Position numbers and translations under genes: made by a program
The notes under the pieces: generated by a model
The model's input: only the letters and a program-made list of their open reading frames with translations
What the model was told of the DNA's origin: nothing
Databases searched by the model: none
DNA from: Candidatus Kapaibacterium sp.
GTDB lineage: Bacteria > Bacteroidota > Ignavibacteria > Kapaibacteriales > UBA2268
DNA length: 64,000 nucleotides
Direction of reading: 5' to 3'
NCBI GenBank assembly: GCA_963665665.1
Contig: OY762428.1
Span: forward strand, 2,624,001 to 2,688,000
Shown here: piece after piece, positions 10,109 through 20,608 of the stretch
Numbering within the stretch: position 1 is the first letter of the stretch
Layout of the letters: each line of letters starts with the position of its first letter

Positions 10109-10142
10109 ATCACTATCCCGGGTATAAGCCCGGGATAGTGAT
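10109..10142. repeat. Perfect 14-bp inverted repeat (REP-like or terminator of the SPFH gene)
   Basis: ATCACTATCCCGGG-tataag-CCCGGGATAGTGAT. Confidence 0.7.
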
Positions 10143-10179
10143 TTGCAATAGTATATATTTTGGATGAACGATAATAGTC

Positions 10180-10950
10180 CTATTCTTTTATGGCCTTGTC
10201 GTCATTCTTTGTGATGTTTTGAATAAAGGGTGTTAGCAGGTCAATCGGTACCGGGAAGATTGTCGTCGAGTTTTTCTCGGTAGCGATATCTGATAATGTC
10301 TGAAGGAAACGAAGCTGCAACGCTACCGGGTGCTTCTCGATAGTTTCGGCGGCGGAAGTAAGTTTTTGGGCTGCCTGGAATTCACCGTCGGCGTTGATCA
10401 CTTTGGAACGCCTTTCTCTTTCGGCCTCTGCCTGGCGTGCCATTGCTCGCTGCATTTCCAGCGGCAGGTCTATCTGTTTCACTTCCACGCTGGATACTTT
10501 TATTCCCCAGGGCTCGGTATGCTCGTCGATAATTTCCTGGAGTTTCATGTTGATTTTTTCTCTTTCCGAAAGCAGTTCGTCCAGGTCGCTTTGGCCGAGA
10601 ATCGACCTTAAAGTTGTCTGGGCAATCTGGTTGGTGGCGTAAAGATAGTTCTCAACTTCAACAATTGCTTTATCCGGGTACATTACGCGGAAATACAGTA
10701 CTGCGTTAACCTTTACCGATACGTTATCTTTTGTGATAATATCCTGCGGTTCCACATCCATGGCAATTGTTCTCAGGCTGACCTTCACCATGCGGTCGAT
10801 AAAAGGAACTAGGATTATCAGGCCGGGGCCTTTAACTCCAATCAGCCTTCCGAGGCGAAAGATAACGCCTCTTTCATACTCCCTGAGTATTTTCAGCATT
10901 GAGGCAAGTAAAATTATAACGAAAGCAACAAAAACTAATAAGCCCGGCAT
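10180..10950 (-). CDS. SPFH/stomatin-like (slipin) membrane protein
   Basis: [46 protein letters not shown]; GGAGG SD precedes the ATG at 10950. Confidence 0.95.
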   Translation of the reverse strand: MPGLLVFVAFVIILLASMLKILREYERGVIFRLGRLIGVKGPGLIILVPFIDRMVKVSLRTIAMDVEPQDIITKDNVSVKVNAVLYFRVMYPDKAIVEVENYLYATNQIAQTTLRSILGQSDLDELLSEREKINMKLQEIIDEHTEPWGIKVSSVEVKQIDLPLEMQRAMARQAEAERERRSKVINADGEFQAAQKLTSAAETIEKHPVALQLRFLQTLSDIATEKNSTTIFPVPIDLLTPFIQNITKNDDKAIKE

Positions 10951-11136
10951 AGTACCTCCCATGGATTGATGTATTAATTACATAAGATAATTAAAAATCC
11001 GATTTCCTGCAATGAGAAATCCCATGCAGGTTTAAAATTTTAATGATAATAATTATGAACAGATGTAATAACCATTAACAGGGGGATTTGTGAGTAGTAC
11101 TGCTAAAAAATTCTATTTGTTGTAAATTAATTCCCT

Positions 11137-11171
11137 AAAAAAATACCCGTCCTGGCTAAAGACGGGTATTT
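11137..11171 (-). terminator. Intrinsic terminator after rsmB
   Basis: AAATACCCGTC/GACGGGTATTT stem with a U-tract on the minus strand. Confidence 0.75.
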
Positions 11172-11192
11172 GAAATTATTCAATTATTAATT

Positions 11193-12575
11193 TTAGCTAT
11201 CAGATTTTTTTACCACCCTGGCTGCAAAAGCGCCGTCGCAATTATTTCTGTGTGGGAATGTCTGCATAAATCCATCAGTACATACTTCGCTGTGAAGATA
11301 ATTTTCAGCCGGGTCGATTTCGAAATCCGGGTGGTTTTCTATGAACCAGTGTATATTATCCTGGTTCTCTTCCGGCTCGATAGTACATGTTGAATATAGA
11401 AAAGTGCCGCCCGGTTTTACAAGTTTAGCAGCATTTTCCATTATTTCCCTCTGAAGTTTTTGCAGGGTTATCAGGTCTTCCGGTTCTCTTTTCCATTTGA
11501 TATCCGGTTTTTTGGAAAGTGTACCAAGCCCTGAGCATGGTACGTCGGCAAAAACTATGTCGAACTGTTTTCCCGGTTCGTATTCAGTAGCATCGGCAGC
11601 TTCTGTAGTAATGCCTTCAAGGCCCAGCCTGTCCGCGCCGTCCTTGATAAGGTTTAGCTTGGAAGGATATTTTTCAAGTGCTGTTATCGATCCCTTATTA
11701 TTCATAAGTTCTGCCATATAAAAAGTTTTTCCACCGGGAGCCGAACACAGATCTAAAATTTCATTGCCTTCAACCGGGTGTGCAAGTTTGGCTGCAAGCG
11801 AAGCGCTCGTGTCCTGAACGGTTGCCATGCCGTCCCTGAATATATCGGTATCAAAGAATAGTGCACGGGAAGTTCTCAGCCTGAGAGAAGAATCCAGATA
11901 TGGTGTCCTGTAGAATTTAATGTCCAGGTCTCTTAATTTATTAATAACATTTTCGGTTGAAGCATTTAAAGTATTTATCCTTAGTGGAATATTTGGCCTG
12001 TGGTTGTTCCATGTAAGTAATTTTTCTGTTTCTTCCCGGCCGAATCTTGCCAGCCACCTTTTAATGATCCATTTGGGATGAGAATAAATTACGGAAAGGA
12101 AATAGATAGGGTCATTATTTTCATCCGGATAGCGAACATTTTCAAGGTTACGAACAATATTTCTGAGTACTCCGTTAACTATACCGGCAGTTCTTTCACC
12201 CTGTATCCTTTTAACGATTTCAACTGATTCGTTAATAGCGCTGGGTATTGGTATTCTGCTCAGGAAAGTGATCTGGTACAGAGCCACGCGCATTGAGTTT
12301 TTTACAAGATTCAGGCATTTTTGATAGTCACCCCTGTAGAAACCTGTAAGAACCCAGTCCAGTTTGGCTTTCCAGCGGATAACACCTGCAACTATTTCGT
12401 GCAGCAGGGCTTTGTCCATAGGATTAAGGTTGGTGTTTTTTTGTTCGTGTGCAAGCAGTTTGTCCAGATACGAATCAGATCTTTCAAAGCGGCTGAGCAG
12501 CCTTACAGCCACATATCTTGCGCCTTTAAGTTCTGTAATGTTTCCGGTTGGGTTGGGATCGGGTAATTGTTCCAT
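11193..12575 (-). CDS. rsmB: 16S rRNA m5C967 methyltransferase RsmB/Sun
   Basis: NusB-like N-domain (SAINESVEIVK...VNGVLR), YSHP.W, DLCSAPGGKT, DVPCSGLG, YSTCT. Confidence 0.95.
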   Translation of the reverse strand: MEQLPDPNPTGNITELKGARYVAVRLLSRFERSDSYLDKLLAHEQKNTNLNPMDKALLHEIVAGVIRWKAKLDWVLTGFYRGDYQKCLNLVKNSMRVALYQITFLSRIPIPSAINESVEIVKRIQGERTAGIVNGVLRNIVRNLENVRYPDENNDPIYFLSVIYSHPKWIIKRWLARFGREETEKLLTWNNHRPNIPLRINTLNASTENVINKLRDLDIKFYRTPYLDSSLRLRTSRALFFDTDIFRDGMATVQDTSASLAAKLAHPVEGNEILDLCSAPGGKTFYMAELMNNKGSITALEKYPSKLNLIKDGADRLGLEGITTEAADATEYEPGKQFDIVFADVPCSGLGTLSKKPDIKWKREPEDLITLQKLQREIMENAAKLVKPGGTFLYSTCTIEPEENQDNIHWFIENHPDFEIDPAENYLHSEVCTDGFMQTFPHRNNCDGAFAARVVKKSDS

Positions 12576-12918
12576 TCAAATAAGATTCCAATAATAGTTT
12601 TAATAATATTTGATAACATCAGAAGGCTTGAAAAAAAATTCTTCTGATCTTTTTGCGAAAATTGCACATTTCTTTCGGAAAAACAGAAAAAAATAAAGTT
12701 AATGAATTTTTCGCAAATCATTCTAAGCACATAAACGTTAATCAGGAAATAAGATTGTTTTTCTATATTTTTATTGTAATTATAAATGCATTCTATTCTA
12801 AAAAGTTATTGGGAATTAGCAACAATTGGATTAAACAAAAGTAAAATTAATGTGTAATCTTTTTAACACATAATTGTTATCTATAAAAGAGATGTTCATA
12901 ATGAAGTCCGGATTGAAT

Positions 12919-13752
12919 ATGAAAATTAAAACTATGATCTTGTTATCAGTTTTCGCACTGATGTTCTTTGGCAATTTATCAATGGCACAGAAGAAGAAAT
13001 TAGACACACCGCTGAAACCCGAGGATTACGGGGCACAATTCGACCTTGGTATTGTCATCGGGCAGGGCAGCAATTTCCAGAGTGGCAAATTTTTTGTTGA
13101 TTGCCCTGATTGCGTTTTTGAAACAGGCCAGAAATATGGGTTTTCGCTTGGTGGCGTGGCGTTAATCGATTTGAGCAAAACTTTTCGGTTTGGTATAATG
13201 GGGCTTTACGAAAGCCTTGGAATTAATGATTCTTTCAGGGAAACAGAGCTTGTAAATGTTGCTCTTGACGATGAAAGAATCGAGAAACTCAATGTAAATT
13301 TCCGTCACGAGGCAAAAGTAGATCTGTCGGCATTTACAATTACTCCATTCGTAAGCTGGAATCCGTTACCATTCTTTTTTGTCCGAACCGGATTAAGCGG
13401 GAGTTTTTTGATTAATTCTAATTTATACCACAAGAAAACCCTGACCGACAGGTTTGTCTCGATTGGCGATATCGACAGTGTACGTATTGAACTTGAAACA
13501 GGAGGATACGAAAAAGTAGTAGAAGACGGAGATATTCAGAAATTGAATCCGTTTCAGCTTTATCTTGTTCCCATGGCAGGGTTTACGCTTCCTTTCGGGC
13601 AGCGCATTTATTTCAGCCCTTATTTTTCTTATTCAATTCCTTTAACTGACATATCAGATAACGGTGATGCTTTCAAAATCAACCATTTCCGTTTTGTATT
13701 AGAGCTAAAAATGGTTTTCAATCCCTACCGATTTGGTGTAGATAAAAAATAA
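12919..13752 (+). CDS. Outer-membrane beta-barrel protein (PorT-like)
   Basis: Signal peptide and alternating amphipathic strands; CxxC (CPDC). Confidence 0.6.
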   Translation: MKIKTMILLSVFALMFFGNLSMAQKKKLDTPLKPEDYGAQFDLGIVIGQGSNFQSGKFFVDCPDCVFETGQKYGFSLGGVALIDLSKTFRFGIMGLYESLGINDSFRETELVNVALDDERIEKLNVNFRHEAKVDLSAFTITPFVSWNPLPFFFVRTGLSGSFLINSNLYHKKTLTDRFVSIGDIDSVRIELETGGYEKVVEDGDIQKLNPFQLYLVPMAGFTLPFGQRIYFSPYFSYSIPLTDISDNGDAFKINHFRFVLELKMVFNPYRFGVDKK

Positions 13753-14121
13753 ATAATTTTTTTGTCATCAAAATTCATCATTTTTTTTTGGCAATTACAA
13801 TATATTGAAGTAAATTATCAATTCGGAAATCGTCGATTAGCGGCATGTGTGAAAAAAATTCCACAGTTCCGAATTGATTTTATTTTTTAATTCAAGCCTT
13901 TTTCTTATCTTAAGAATCAGGGCTTGTGTTTATTGAAAAGGAAATATCGGGGTTTTCAGTTATTCAATGATTGTTTTGAACTATTTTCAATTTAATATTA
14001 AATAATTTCCGGGCTATTCATACCCGGTTGAATTGCCTTATGTGCATATTAGATATTATCCCGAACGGACATTACATAATTGTTTTAAATTTAAGATTAT
14101 CAATATTTTGGGTAGGAGCTT

Positions 14122-16845
14122 ATGCAACGTGAAATTACAAAAAAACTAGGCCTTATTGTCCTGGCCTGGATGTTTGTGTTTTCAGCAGTAGTAGCGCAGG
14201 ACAGCCAGGTGCTTGGCACTTTTGATCTTGCCGCAGACGCTGCAGTTACAGATGGATCTGACTTGTTCTTATACGGGTTAATGATCCAGGACGAAACAGA
14301 TACGGATGATGCTGATGAAGGCGGCAACATCCTGGTGAAAAAAGGAAAAATTGTTATCATCAACCTAGGGCCGGTAGTTAATCACGAAGGAGTTGACTAT
14401 GCCCCGACAGTTTCAGCCGATGGTAAAACACTTTACTACGTGTCCAACAGGCCCGGAAGTAAACTTTCCGCTGATGATGATTTAACACATGATTTCTGGA
14501 AAACCACTAAGAAACATCGCCTTGATACTGTTTTCTTTGCCCCGATGAACATCGATACAACAACAGACCTTGGCGACCTTGGTGTTAATACACCTTATAA
14601 TGAAGGTGCAGCATCTATCGCTGCCGACAAGCAGTCTCTTTACTTTACCGCCTGTAATAAATCAGACGGTATCGGTAATTGTGACCTCTATAAATCCACG
14701 ATCCAGGGTGATCGTTGGAGCCGTCCTGTTAACCTTGGCAGAAATGTAAACTCTGCTAACTGGGACTCCCAGCCTTCAATTTCTCCTGATCAGAGCAGGA
14801 TCTATTTTGTATCCACAAGAGAAGGGCCGAACTCTGACGGCGAACTGATTTTTGAAAACTTTGATATCTGGTATGCCGACTGGGACTTCGAGATGGAAGA
14901 ATGGCAAAAAGCCAAGAACCTTGAGCAGCTGAATACTAAAGGTTCAGAAGCTTCCCCGTTTATTGCTGCCGATGGTGTAACACTATTCTTTGCATCAAAT
15001 GGGCACACACCGAATATTGGCGGACTTGACTTTTACGTTACCAGGCTCGATCCTGATACTGACAAATGGTCAGCCCCTGAGAACCTGGGCGAGCCGATCA
15101 ATACTGAAATGGACGAGCAGTTTATTTCTCTTCCGGCTTCCGGCGACATTATTTATTTCTCATCAACTCGCGAAGACCTTGCAGGTTTCCAGGGCAACCT
15201 TGACGTGTTTATGGCATTCGTTCCTACATTCTTCCGCACAGTTCTTGTAAAAGGTACTGTAACTGACGAATGTTCAGATGAATTTATTCCTGCAAAAATC
15301 ACTGTTAACAATCCTGTTACAGGTAAAGTTTTCAACGACAGCCTTACAATGACTCACCAGGAATTTGAACTTATCGTATCCAATCAGGATTTTGGCAACC
15401 CGAAAGACTCTATCAAATCTATAGACCTTCAGGTTACAGCAGAAAATGAAAAATACGGTAAAAAATCAAAAGTTGTCCGCGTTGAAAAACCTAAAAAGGT
15501 TGAAGACAAATCACAGGCCGGTTCGGTTTCCGAAGAGATTTTCGTGAAGATAACTCTTGGCCAGAAACCTGTTCTCGGTGCTGAAATGGACGAAGCCGAT
15601 TATATCAAACGTGCTAAAGAATACAATACCAGCCTGGACGGATATCGCGGACTCGTGATGGAACAGGTTCAGACCTGGGATCTTTATCCGCTTCTTAACT
15701 ATGTTTTCTTTGATCTTGGTTCATCAACACTGCCGGACAGGTATATTCTGTTTGACAGCCCGGACCAGACAGCATATTTCACCGACACAACTATTGCCGG
15801 TGGAACACTGGATAAATATTATCACGTACTGAATATCTTTGCATACAGGATGACAAAGAATCCTGACTCTAAAATAGAAATAGTTGGTACAAACGACGGT
15901 ACAACACCTGAGGAAAAAGTTGCAGGCCTTTCTAAAGCAAGAGCAGAGCTTGTTTATAATTACTTCAGGGATATCTGGAAAATTGACGAGAGCAGGCTGA
16001 AACTTACTGTTCGCGGCAAGCCAAAACACCCGTCAAACCTTAAAGATTCGCTCGGTATCAGGGAAAACCGCAGGGTTGAGATCCTGTGCAAAGACTGGGA
16101 AATTATGAAACCGGTATTTGACAGGGATCCTAAAACATTCCCTCAGCCGGAGCAGATGACTTATACTATGAAGAATGGCATTGAAGATGCTATCGTTGAC
16201 AAACGCCGTATCGAAATCAAACGCGGCGATGCAATGTGGAAAGTGCTTACTGACGTTGGTATAACAGACAAAACAAAAATCTGGGACTGGACTAACGACA
16301 GGGGCAAATATCCTAAAGATGAAGTTGCTTACACAGCACAGTTGATTGTAACTACAAAATCCGGCGCTGAATGTGCCTCCGATCCGATTACAATTCCGGT
16401 TATGCAGGTTTCTACAGAGAAGAAGAAAGTTGAAGCTACAGCTGACAGTACACAGGAACGCTACAACCTGATCCTCTTCCCGTTTGACAGCCCGAATGCA
16501 GGCCCGCTGAACGAGAGAATTATGAGGGATTATGTTTACGACCGTATTCTTCCTTCTTCAGTTGTTGAAGTTATCGGCCATACAGACGTTGTTGGCTTGT
16601 ACGAACACAACCTGAAACTTTCGAACCGCAGGTCGAACACTGTTGAAAAAGGTATCAAGAAGAAAACCAAAGGTAAATATGCCGTTCTTACAAAACGCGG
16701 CGTTGGTGAAGAAGAACCTCTGTTTGACAACATGCTTCCCGAAGGACGTTTCTACAACCGTACAGTACAGGTTATCATAAAAACTCCTGTTGCTGACTGG
16801 GAAGAAATTGAAAAGAAACAGGAAGCTGGCGTTGAAGTTGATTAA
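14122..16845 (+). CDS. PD40-repeat / OmpA-domain envelope protein
   Basis: Signal peptide; PD40 repeats (APTVSADG, QPSISPD, SPFIAADG); two OmpA-like segments (VFFD...LSKARA...NRRVEI and LFPFD...GHTD...LSNRR...NRTVQV). Confidence 0.88.
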   Translation: MQREITKKLGLIVLAWMFVFSAVVAQDSQVLGTFDLAADAAVTDGSDLFLYGLMIQDETDTDDADEGGNILVKKGKIVIINLGPVVNHEGVDYAPTVSADGKTLYYVSNRPGSKLSADDDLTHDFWKTTKKHRLDTVFFAPMNIDTTTDLGDLGVNTPYNEGAASIAADKQSLYFTACNKSDGIGNCDLYKSTIQGDRWSRPVNLGRNVNSANWDSQPSISPDQSRIYFVSTREGPNSDGELIFENFDIWYADWDFEMEEWQKAKNLEQLNTKGSEASPFIAADGVTLFFASNGHTPNIGGLDFYVTRLDPDTDKWSAPENLGEPINTEMDEQFISLPASGDIIYFSSTREDLAGFQGNLDVFMAFVPTFFRTVLVKGTVTDECSDEFIPAKITVNNPVTGKVFNDSLTMTHQEFELIVSNQDFGNPKDSIKSIDLQVTAENEKYGKKSKVVRVEKPKKVEDKSQAGSVSEEIFVKITLGQKPVLGAEMDEADYIKRAKEYNTSLDGYRGLVMEQVQTWDLYPLLNYVFFDLGSSTLPDRYILFDSPDQTAYFTDTTIAGGTLDKYYHVLNIFAYRMTKNPDSKIEIVGTNDGTTPEEKVAGLSKARAELVYNYFRDIWKIDESRLKLTVRGKPKHPSNLKDSLGIRENRRVEILCKDWEIMKPVFDRDPKTFPQPEQMTYTMKNGIEDAIVDKRRIEIKRGDAMWKVLTDVGITDKTKIWDWTNDRGKYPKDEVAYTAQLIVTTKSGAECASDPITIPVMQVSTEKKKVEATADSTQERYNLILFPFDSPNAGPLNERIMRDYVYDRILPSSVVEVIGHTDVVGLYEHNLKLSNRRSNTVEKGIKKKTKGKYAVLTKRGVGEEEPLFDNMLPEGRFYNRTVQVIIKTPVADWEEIEKKQEAGVEVD

Positions 16846-16870
16846 TATTGAAATTTAATCTTGAATATAT

Positions 16871-16895
16871 AAAGGCGCCTTTGGGCGCCTTTTTT
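16871..16895 (+). terminator. Intrinsic terminator
   Basis: AAAGGCGCC-tttg-GGCGCCTTTTTT. Confidence 0.85.
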
Positions 16896-17042
16896 ATTTG
16901 TAAATATATAAATTATATTGCTATATTGGTTTTCAGCAGTATGGGTTGTCTTTATTGTCGTTATTTTAAAATACTACAATTTGTGAAAGCCCGTCAATAT
17001 TATTTTGAATTAACTAAGGGGCACTCCCCGGGAGTGAAAGCC

Positions 17043-18146
17043 ATGAGATATATAAAAATTGTTACGATCATTCTGCTGCTGGCAATTGTTCAGGCAAGTG
17101 CGGAGAATAGAAAAGCTTTGTCGATTCCGCCGTGGACAAAATTTATCGAGTTGGATACGGCTGGTATGGAAATTAAAACTGACAACCTTCTATTCAGCGG
17201 GATGACAAGGCTTTGCGAAATGAATAAGGGCGATCTGCACCTGACTGTAATGATTGAATTTGACAGGTCGAATAGCGGAGATTCTCTGAATGATAGAACT
17301 TTCAATGAGCCGGCCTGGGAAATAAGCGACAATATTGCTGAGGCAGAAGAAGGCGAACAGCTCAAACTTGAGGCAAGATCGAAATTTAATGATGTGAATG
17401 TTAAGTTGAAGTTTTCCTACGGGCAGGCATCAGGTATTCAGAAATCTGATTTGGAAAATTTCATTGAAAATATTCTTATTAAAAGAAAGGCTGATACATC
17501 AATGCAGGAAATTGACAGCCTTTACCATCATTACAACCTTACCGAAGATACACGGGTAGTTGACAAATTGTATAAATGCGATAAGTCGCTATACTCCATG
17601 CTGCTTTGGGCTGCAACTTTAAGGAGCAGAGACGATCAGATTGCCATGACAAGCAGATTTATAGATGAAAATCCCCGAACCGGAGTTGAATACGGTTATT
17701 TCCAGAGGGGATTTCTGAATACCCTGGCAGAAAAACATGATGAAGGAATAGCGGACCTTACAAGGGCGCTGGCCGATATTCAGGATAATTTTATCGGCCA
17801 CTATTTCAGGGCCTACTGCTACATGGGTAAGGGCGAAATTGAAAAAGCGCTTCAGGATCTGGTTATAGCAATTTCCATGAACGATAAATTTGCTCCTGCA
17901 TTTGAACTCAGGGGAAGCGTATGGATGAAAAAGGGCGAAGGTGATAAAGCTATTGTTGACTACTCAATGGCAATTAAACTACAGCCAAGGCCTGACCTTT
18001 ATTTTATACGTGGAAATCTTTTCTATGAAAAGGGCGACTACCAGGCAGCCCTGGCCGATATGGAAGAAGCGGTAAAGCTGAACCCTTCGCTTGAAAAAGA
18101 TTTGCGGGATAAAATTCAAATTATCAAAAAAGAATTAGGGAAATAA
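17043..18146 (+). CDS. Secreted TPR-repeat protein
   Basis: Signal peptide from the ATG at 17043; about four C-terminal TPRs (YFQRG, YFRA, ELRG, FIRG). Confidence 0.8.
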   Translation: MRYIKIVTIILLLAIVQASAENRKALSIPPWTKFIELDTAGMEIKTDNLLFSGMTRLCEMNKGDLHLTVMIEFDRSNSGDSLNDRTFNEPAWEISDNIAEAEEGEQLKLEARSKFNDVNVKLKFSYGQASGIQKSDLENFIENILIKRKADTSMQEIDSLYHHYNLTEDTRVVDKLYKCDKSLYSMLLWAATLRSRDDQIAMTSRFIDENPRTGVEYGYFQRGFLNTLAEKHDEGIADLTRALADIQDNFIGHYFRAYCYMGKGEIEKALQDLVIAISMNDKFAPAFELRGSVWMKKGEGDKAIVDYSMAIKLQPRPDLYFIRGNLFYEKGDYQAALADMEEAVKLNPSLEKDLRDKIQIIKKELGK

Positions 18147-18218
18147 AAGGATTTCGAAAGATACGATAAATTGATTGCCTCTTATGTTTTTTATTGATTA
18201 TTTTAATGAATAATTTAT

Positions 18219-19463
18219 ATGGAAATAAACCAATATTTTGTACTGATCTTAATTACATTTACAGCAGGATATATCCTGGATACTATTTCGGACTATCTTA
18301 ACCTTAAAAATCTGAAACCTGAACTACCGGAAGAATTCTGCGATGTTTATGATAATGAAAAATATGCCAAATCGCAGGAATATACACGTGTAAGGACAAA
18401 ATTCGGTTTCATAAGCTCGGGCTTCAGTTTTCTGTTGATACTTATTTTCTGGCTTGGCGGAGGTTATCCCTTGCTGGATGAATTATTAAGGGGATTGATT
18501 GCCGACAGCCTGTATCGAGGAGTGGCTTTTATTGCATTATTAATGATTGCGCAGTCCGTTATATCTATGCCTTTTAGTATTTATTCCACATTTGTAATCG
18601 AGGAAAAATTTGGTTTCAATAAAACCACTGTTAAAACATTTGTCCTCGATATACTGAAATCCACCGCCTTGGCCATATTGATAGGACTGCCATTGCTCGC
18701 GCTGATACTATGGCTTTTGGAATCTGCCGGAGAGTATGCCTGGCTGTATGGCTGGGGTATTGTAACGCTGTTTTCACTGATAATGCAATATATTGCACCG
18801 GTATGGATAATGCCGCTTTTCAATAAATTCACCCCGCTCGGGGATGGGGAACTGAAAGATTCAATAATGGACTACGCCAAATCCGTAAACTACCCGTTGA
18901 AGAACCTGTTTGTTATGGACGGATCCAAAAGGTCGTCGAAATCAAATGCATTTTTCACCGGTTTTGGTAAGAACAAAAAGATAGCCCTTTTTGATACACT
19001 GATTGAAAATCACAGTGTGAAAGAACTTACTGCTGTACTTGCTCATGAGATAGGGCACTATAAAAAGGGCCATATCCGCAAGGGAATGATAATAGGATTT
19101 CTCCATTCAGGAATTATTTTCTGGCTTCTGTCGGTTTTCCTCGAAGAACCCGGCCTTTTTGCTGCATTCGGGATAGAAACCCCTTCAGTTTATACCGGGA
19201 TGATATTTTTCGGCATGCTTTACTCACCTGTGGAAACTATACTTTCAATAGTTTTGAATGTGTTTTCCAGGAAAAATGAATTCGAGGCGGATGCGTTTGC
19301 GGCTGAAACTTCTGATCCCGGCGCAATGATAACAGCGCTGAAAAAACTATCGGCTGATAATCTGTCCAACCTTACGCCTCATCCGTTCAATGTATTTATC
19401 AATTACTCACATCCTCCTGTTCTGGAAAGGATAATGGAAATAAAAGAAAAATATATCAGGTAA
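18219..19463 (+). CDS. M48 family (Ste24/CAAX-like) zinc metallopeptidase
   Basis: DGSKRSSKSNAFFTG, HEIGH, EFEAD, YSHPP; multiple TM helices. Confidence 0.95.
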   Translation: MEINQYFVLILITFTAGYILDTISDYLNLKNLKPELPEEFCDVYDNEKYAKSQEYTRVRTKFGFISSGFSFLLILIFWLGGGYPLLDELLRGLIADSLYRGVAFIALLMIAQSVISMPFSIYSTFVIEEKFGFNKTTVKTFVLDILKSTALAILIGLPLLALILWLLESAGEYAWLYGWGIVTLFSLIMQYIAPVWIMPLFNKFTPLGDGELKDSIMDYAKSVNYPLKNLFVMDGSKRSSKSNAFFTGFGKNKKIALFDTLIENHSVKELTAVLAHEIGHYKKGHIRKGMIIGFLHSGIIFWLLSVFLEEPGLFAAFGIETPSVYTGMIFFGMLYSPVETILSIVLNVFSRKNEFEADAFAAETSDPGAMITALKKLSADNLSNLTPHPFNVFINYSHPPVLERIMEIKEKYIR

Positions 19464-19565
19464 TTTATTATCCTGAGGCTGTTCATATTTTATAATTATA
19501 AGGCTTGTGCATAATTAACATTTTGATTAATATATGGCCTGGAAATTTAAAAAAATTGAATATTC

Positions 19566-20522
19566 TCATTCATCTCTTACACAACGGATAGAAGCGCCAA
19601 TTTCGGCGAAAATACACATGCCAAGACTCCAACCGCTATTATCACCATCAAGAATAAGATACCTAACAGTATTATCTATTTTGTACCAAAAAGCTGCAAA
19701 ACTTCTTTTACCATAGTATTTTCCTTTTTCTTCCCATCTTATGCCCCCCGGAAGTGCACCGAAGCCGGTAATATTATTTATTGTCGGAGAATAATTATCC
19801 CAAAATGTGGAATCATTTGATTTCAGCATATCTCCTATTCCTTTTTCAGCACTGATTGAGTAGTTAGAATCTATTTCTTCCTGGGTCATCCCAAGATGAA
19901 TAAAAAGTTTGTCCCAATCTTTTTTAAGCGCAACGTGCCAGCCTTCAGGCGCTAAATACATACCTTTATGTTCCACAAGAGCATAGTATCCGTATAACTT
20001 TCCAACTGTATCATTTTTTTTTCCGTTATTAGGGTAGCACCACGCGTGATAGCAATATTTTTCCCAATCTTCATCACTTAAAGCTCTTACAAGCCTGTCA
20101 CCGTTAGGATATTCGATTATATTCAGATTCCTCTTCATCCATACCTGCCTGCCGATGGCAACCGAGGGGAAACCTCCGAAGGATTTTACGGTGAAATACA
20201 GCTCGTTGCTTTCCTCTTCTGCTTTTTTCACAATTCTGACCTTACCGCTTACTGCACCTGTCGGTATTGTCAGGTGAATAACCGTGTCGGCCCATATTCT
20301 GTAGCTTTCGGCAGGAATATCGTTGAAATATACCAGGCTGCTTCCTCTTTCCCCACCGAAATTCTTCCCGTGAAGAATAATATCGTCACCATTATCCGAG
20401 GCTGTGGGAAATATTTCAATCAGCTGCGGCATAGTTTCATTGTTTATAATGTTATTGCTTTCCTCATCATCAGTGCATGACAGGAGAAGCAGGCTTATGA
20501 ATAATACCTGAAAAAATTTCAT
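19566..20522 (-). CDS. Lipoprotein with IPT/TIG and FISUMP (Fib_succ_major) domains
   Basis: Lipobox LLSC; 'GKNFG' IPT; IGRQVWMKRNL, GKLY, APEGWHV, GFGALPGG, SIRCVRD. Confidence 0.88.
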   Translation of the reverse strand: MKFFQVLFISLLLLSCTDDEESNNIINNETMPQLIEIFPTASDNGDDIILHGKNFGGERGSSLVYFNDIPAESYRIWADTVIHLTIPTGAVSGKVRIVKKAEEESNELYFTVKSFGGFPSVAIGRQVWMKRNLNIIEYPNGDRLVRALSDEDWEKYCYHAWCYPNNGKKNDTVGKLYGYYALVEHKGMYLAPEGWHVALKKDWDKLFIHLGMTQEEIDSNYSISAEKGIGDMLKSNDSTFWDNYSPTINNITGFGALPGGIRWEEKGKYYGKRSFAAFWYKIDNTVRYLILDGDNSGWSLGMCIFAEIGASIRCVRDE

Positions 20523-20608
20523 TTTACTATTTCCATTATTTATATAAGATAATTGTTGAAATTCTTAAGGGTTTTCTTATTGCTTTCAGAGACTTTTAAA
20601 CAATATTC

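Noticed and set aside
16848-17042. N-terminal extension of the TPR protein
   Set aside because: Runs through the upstream terminator; the signal peptide begins at ATG 17043.
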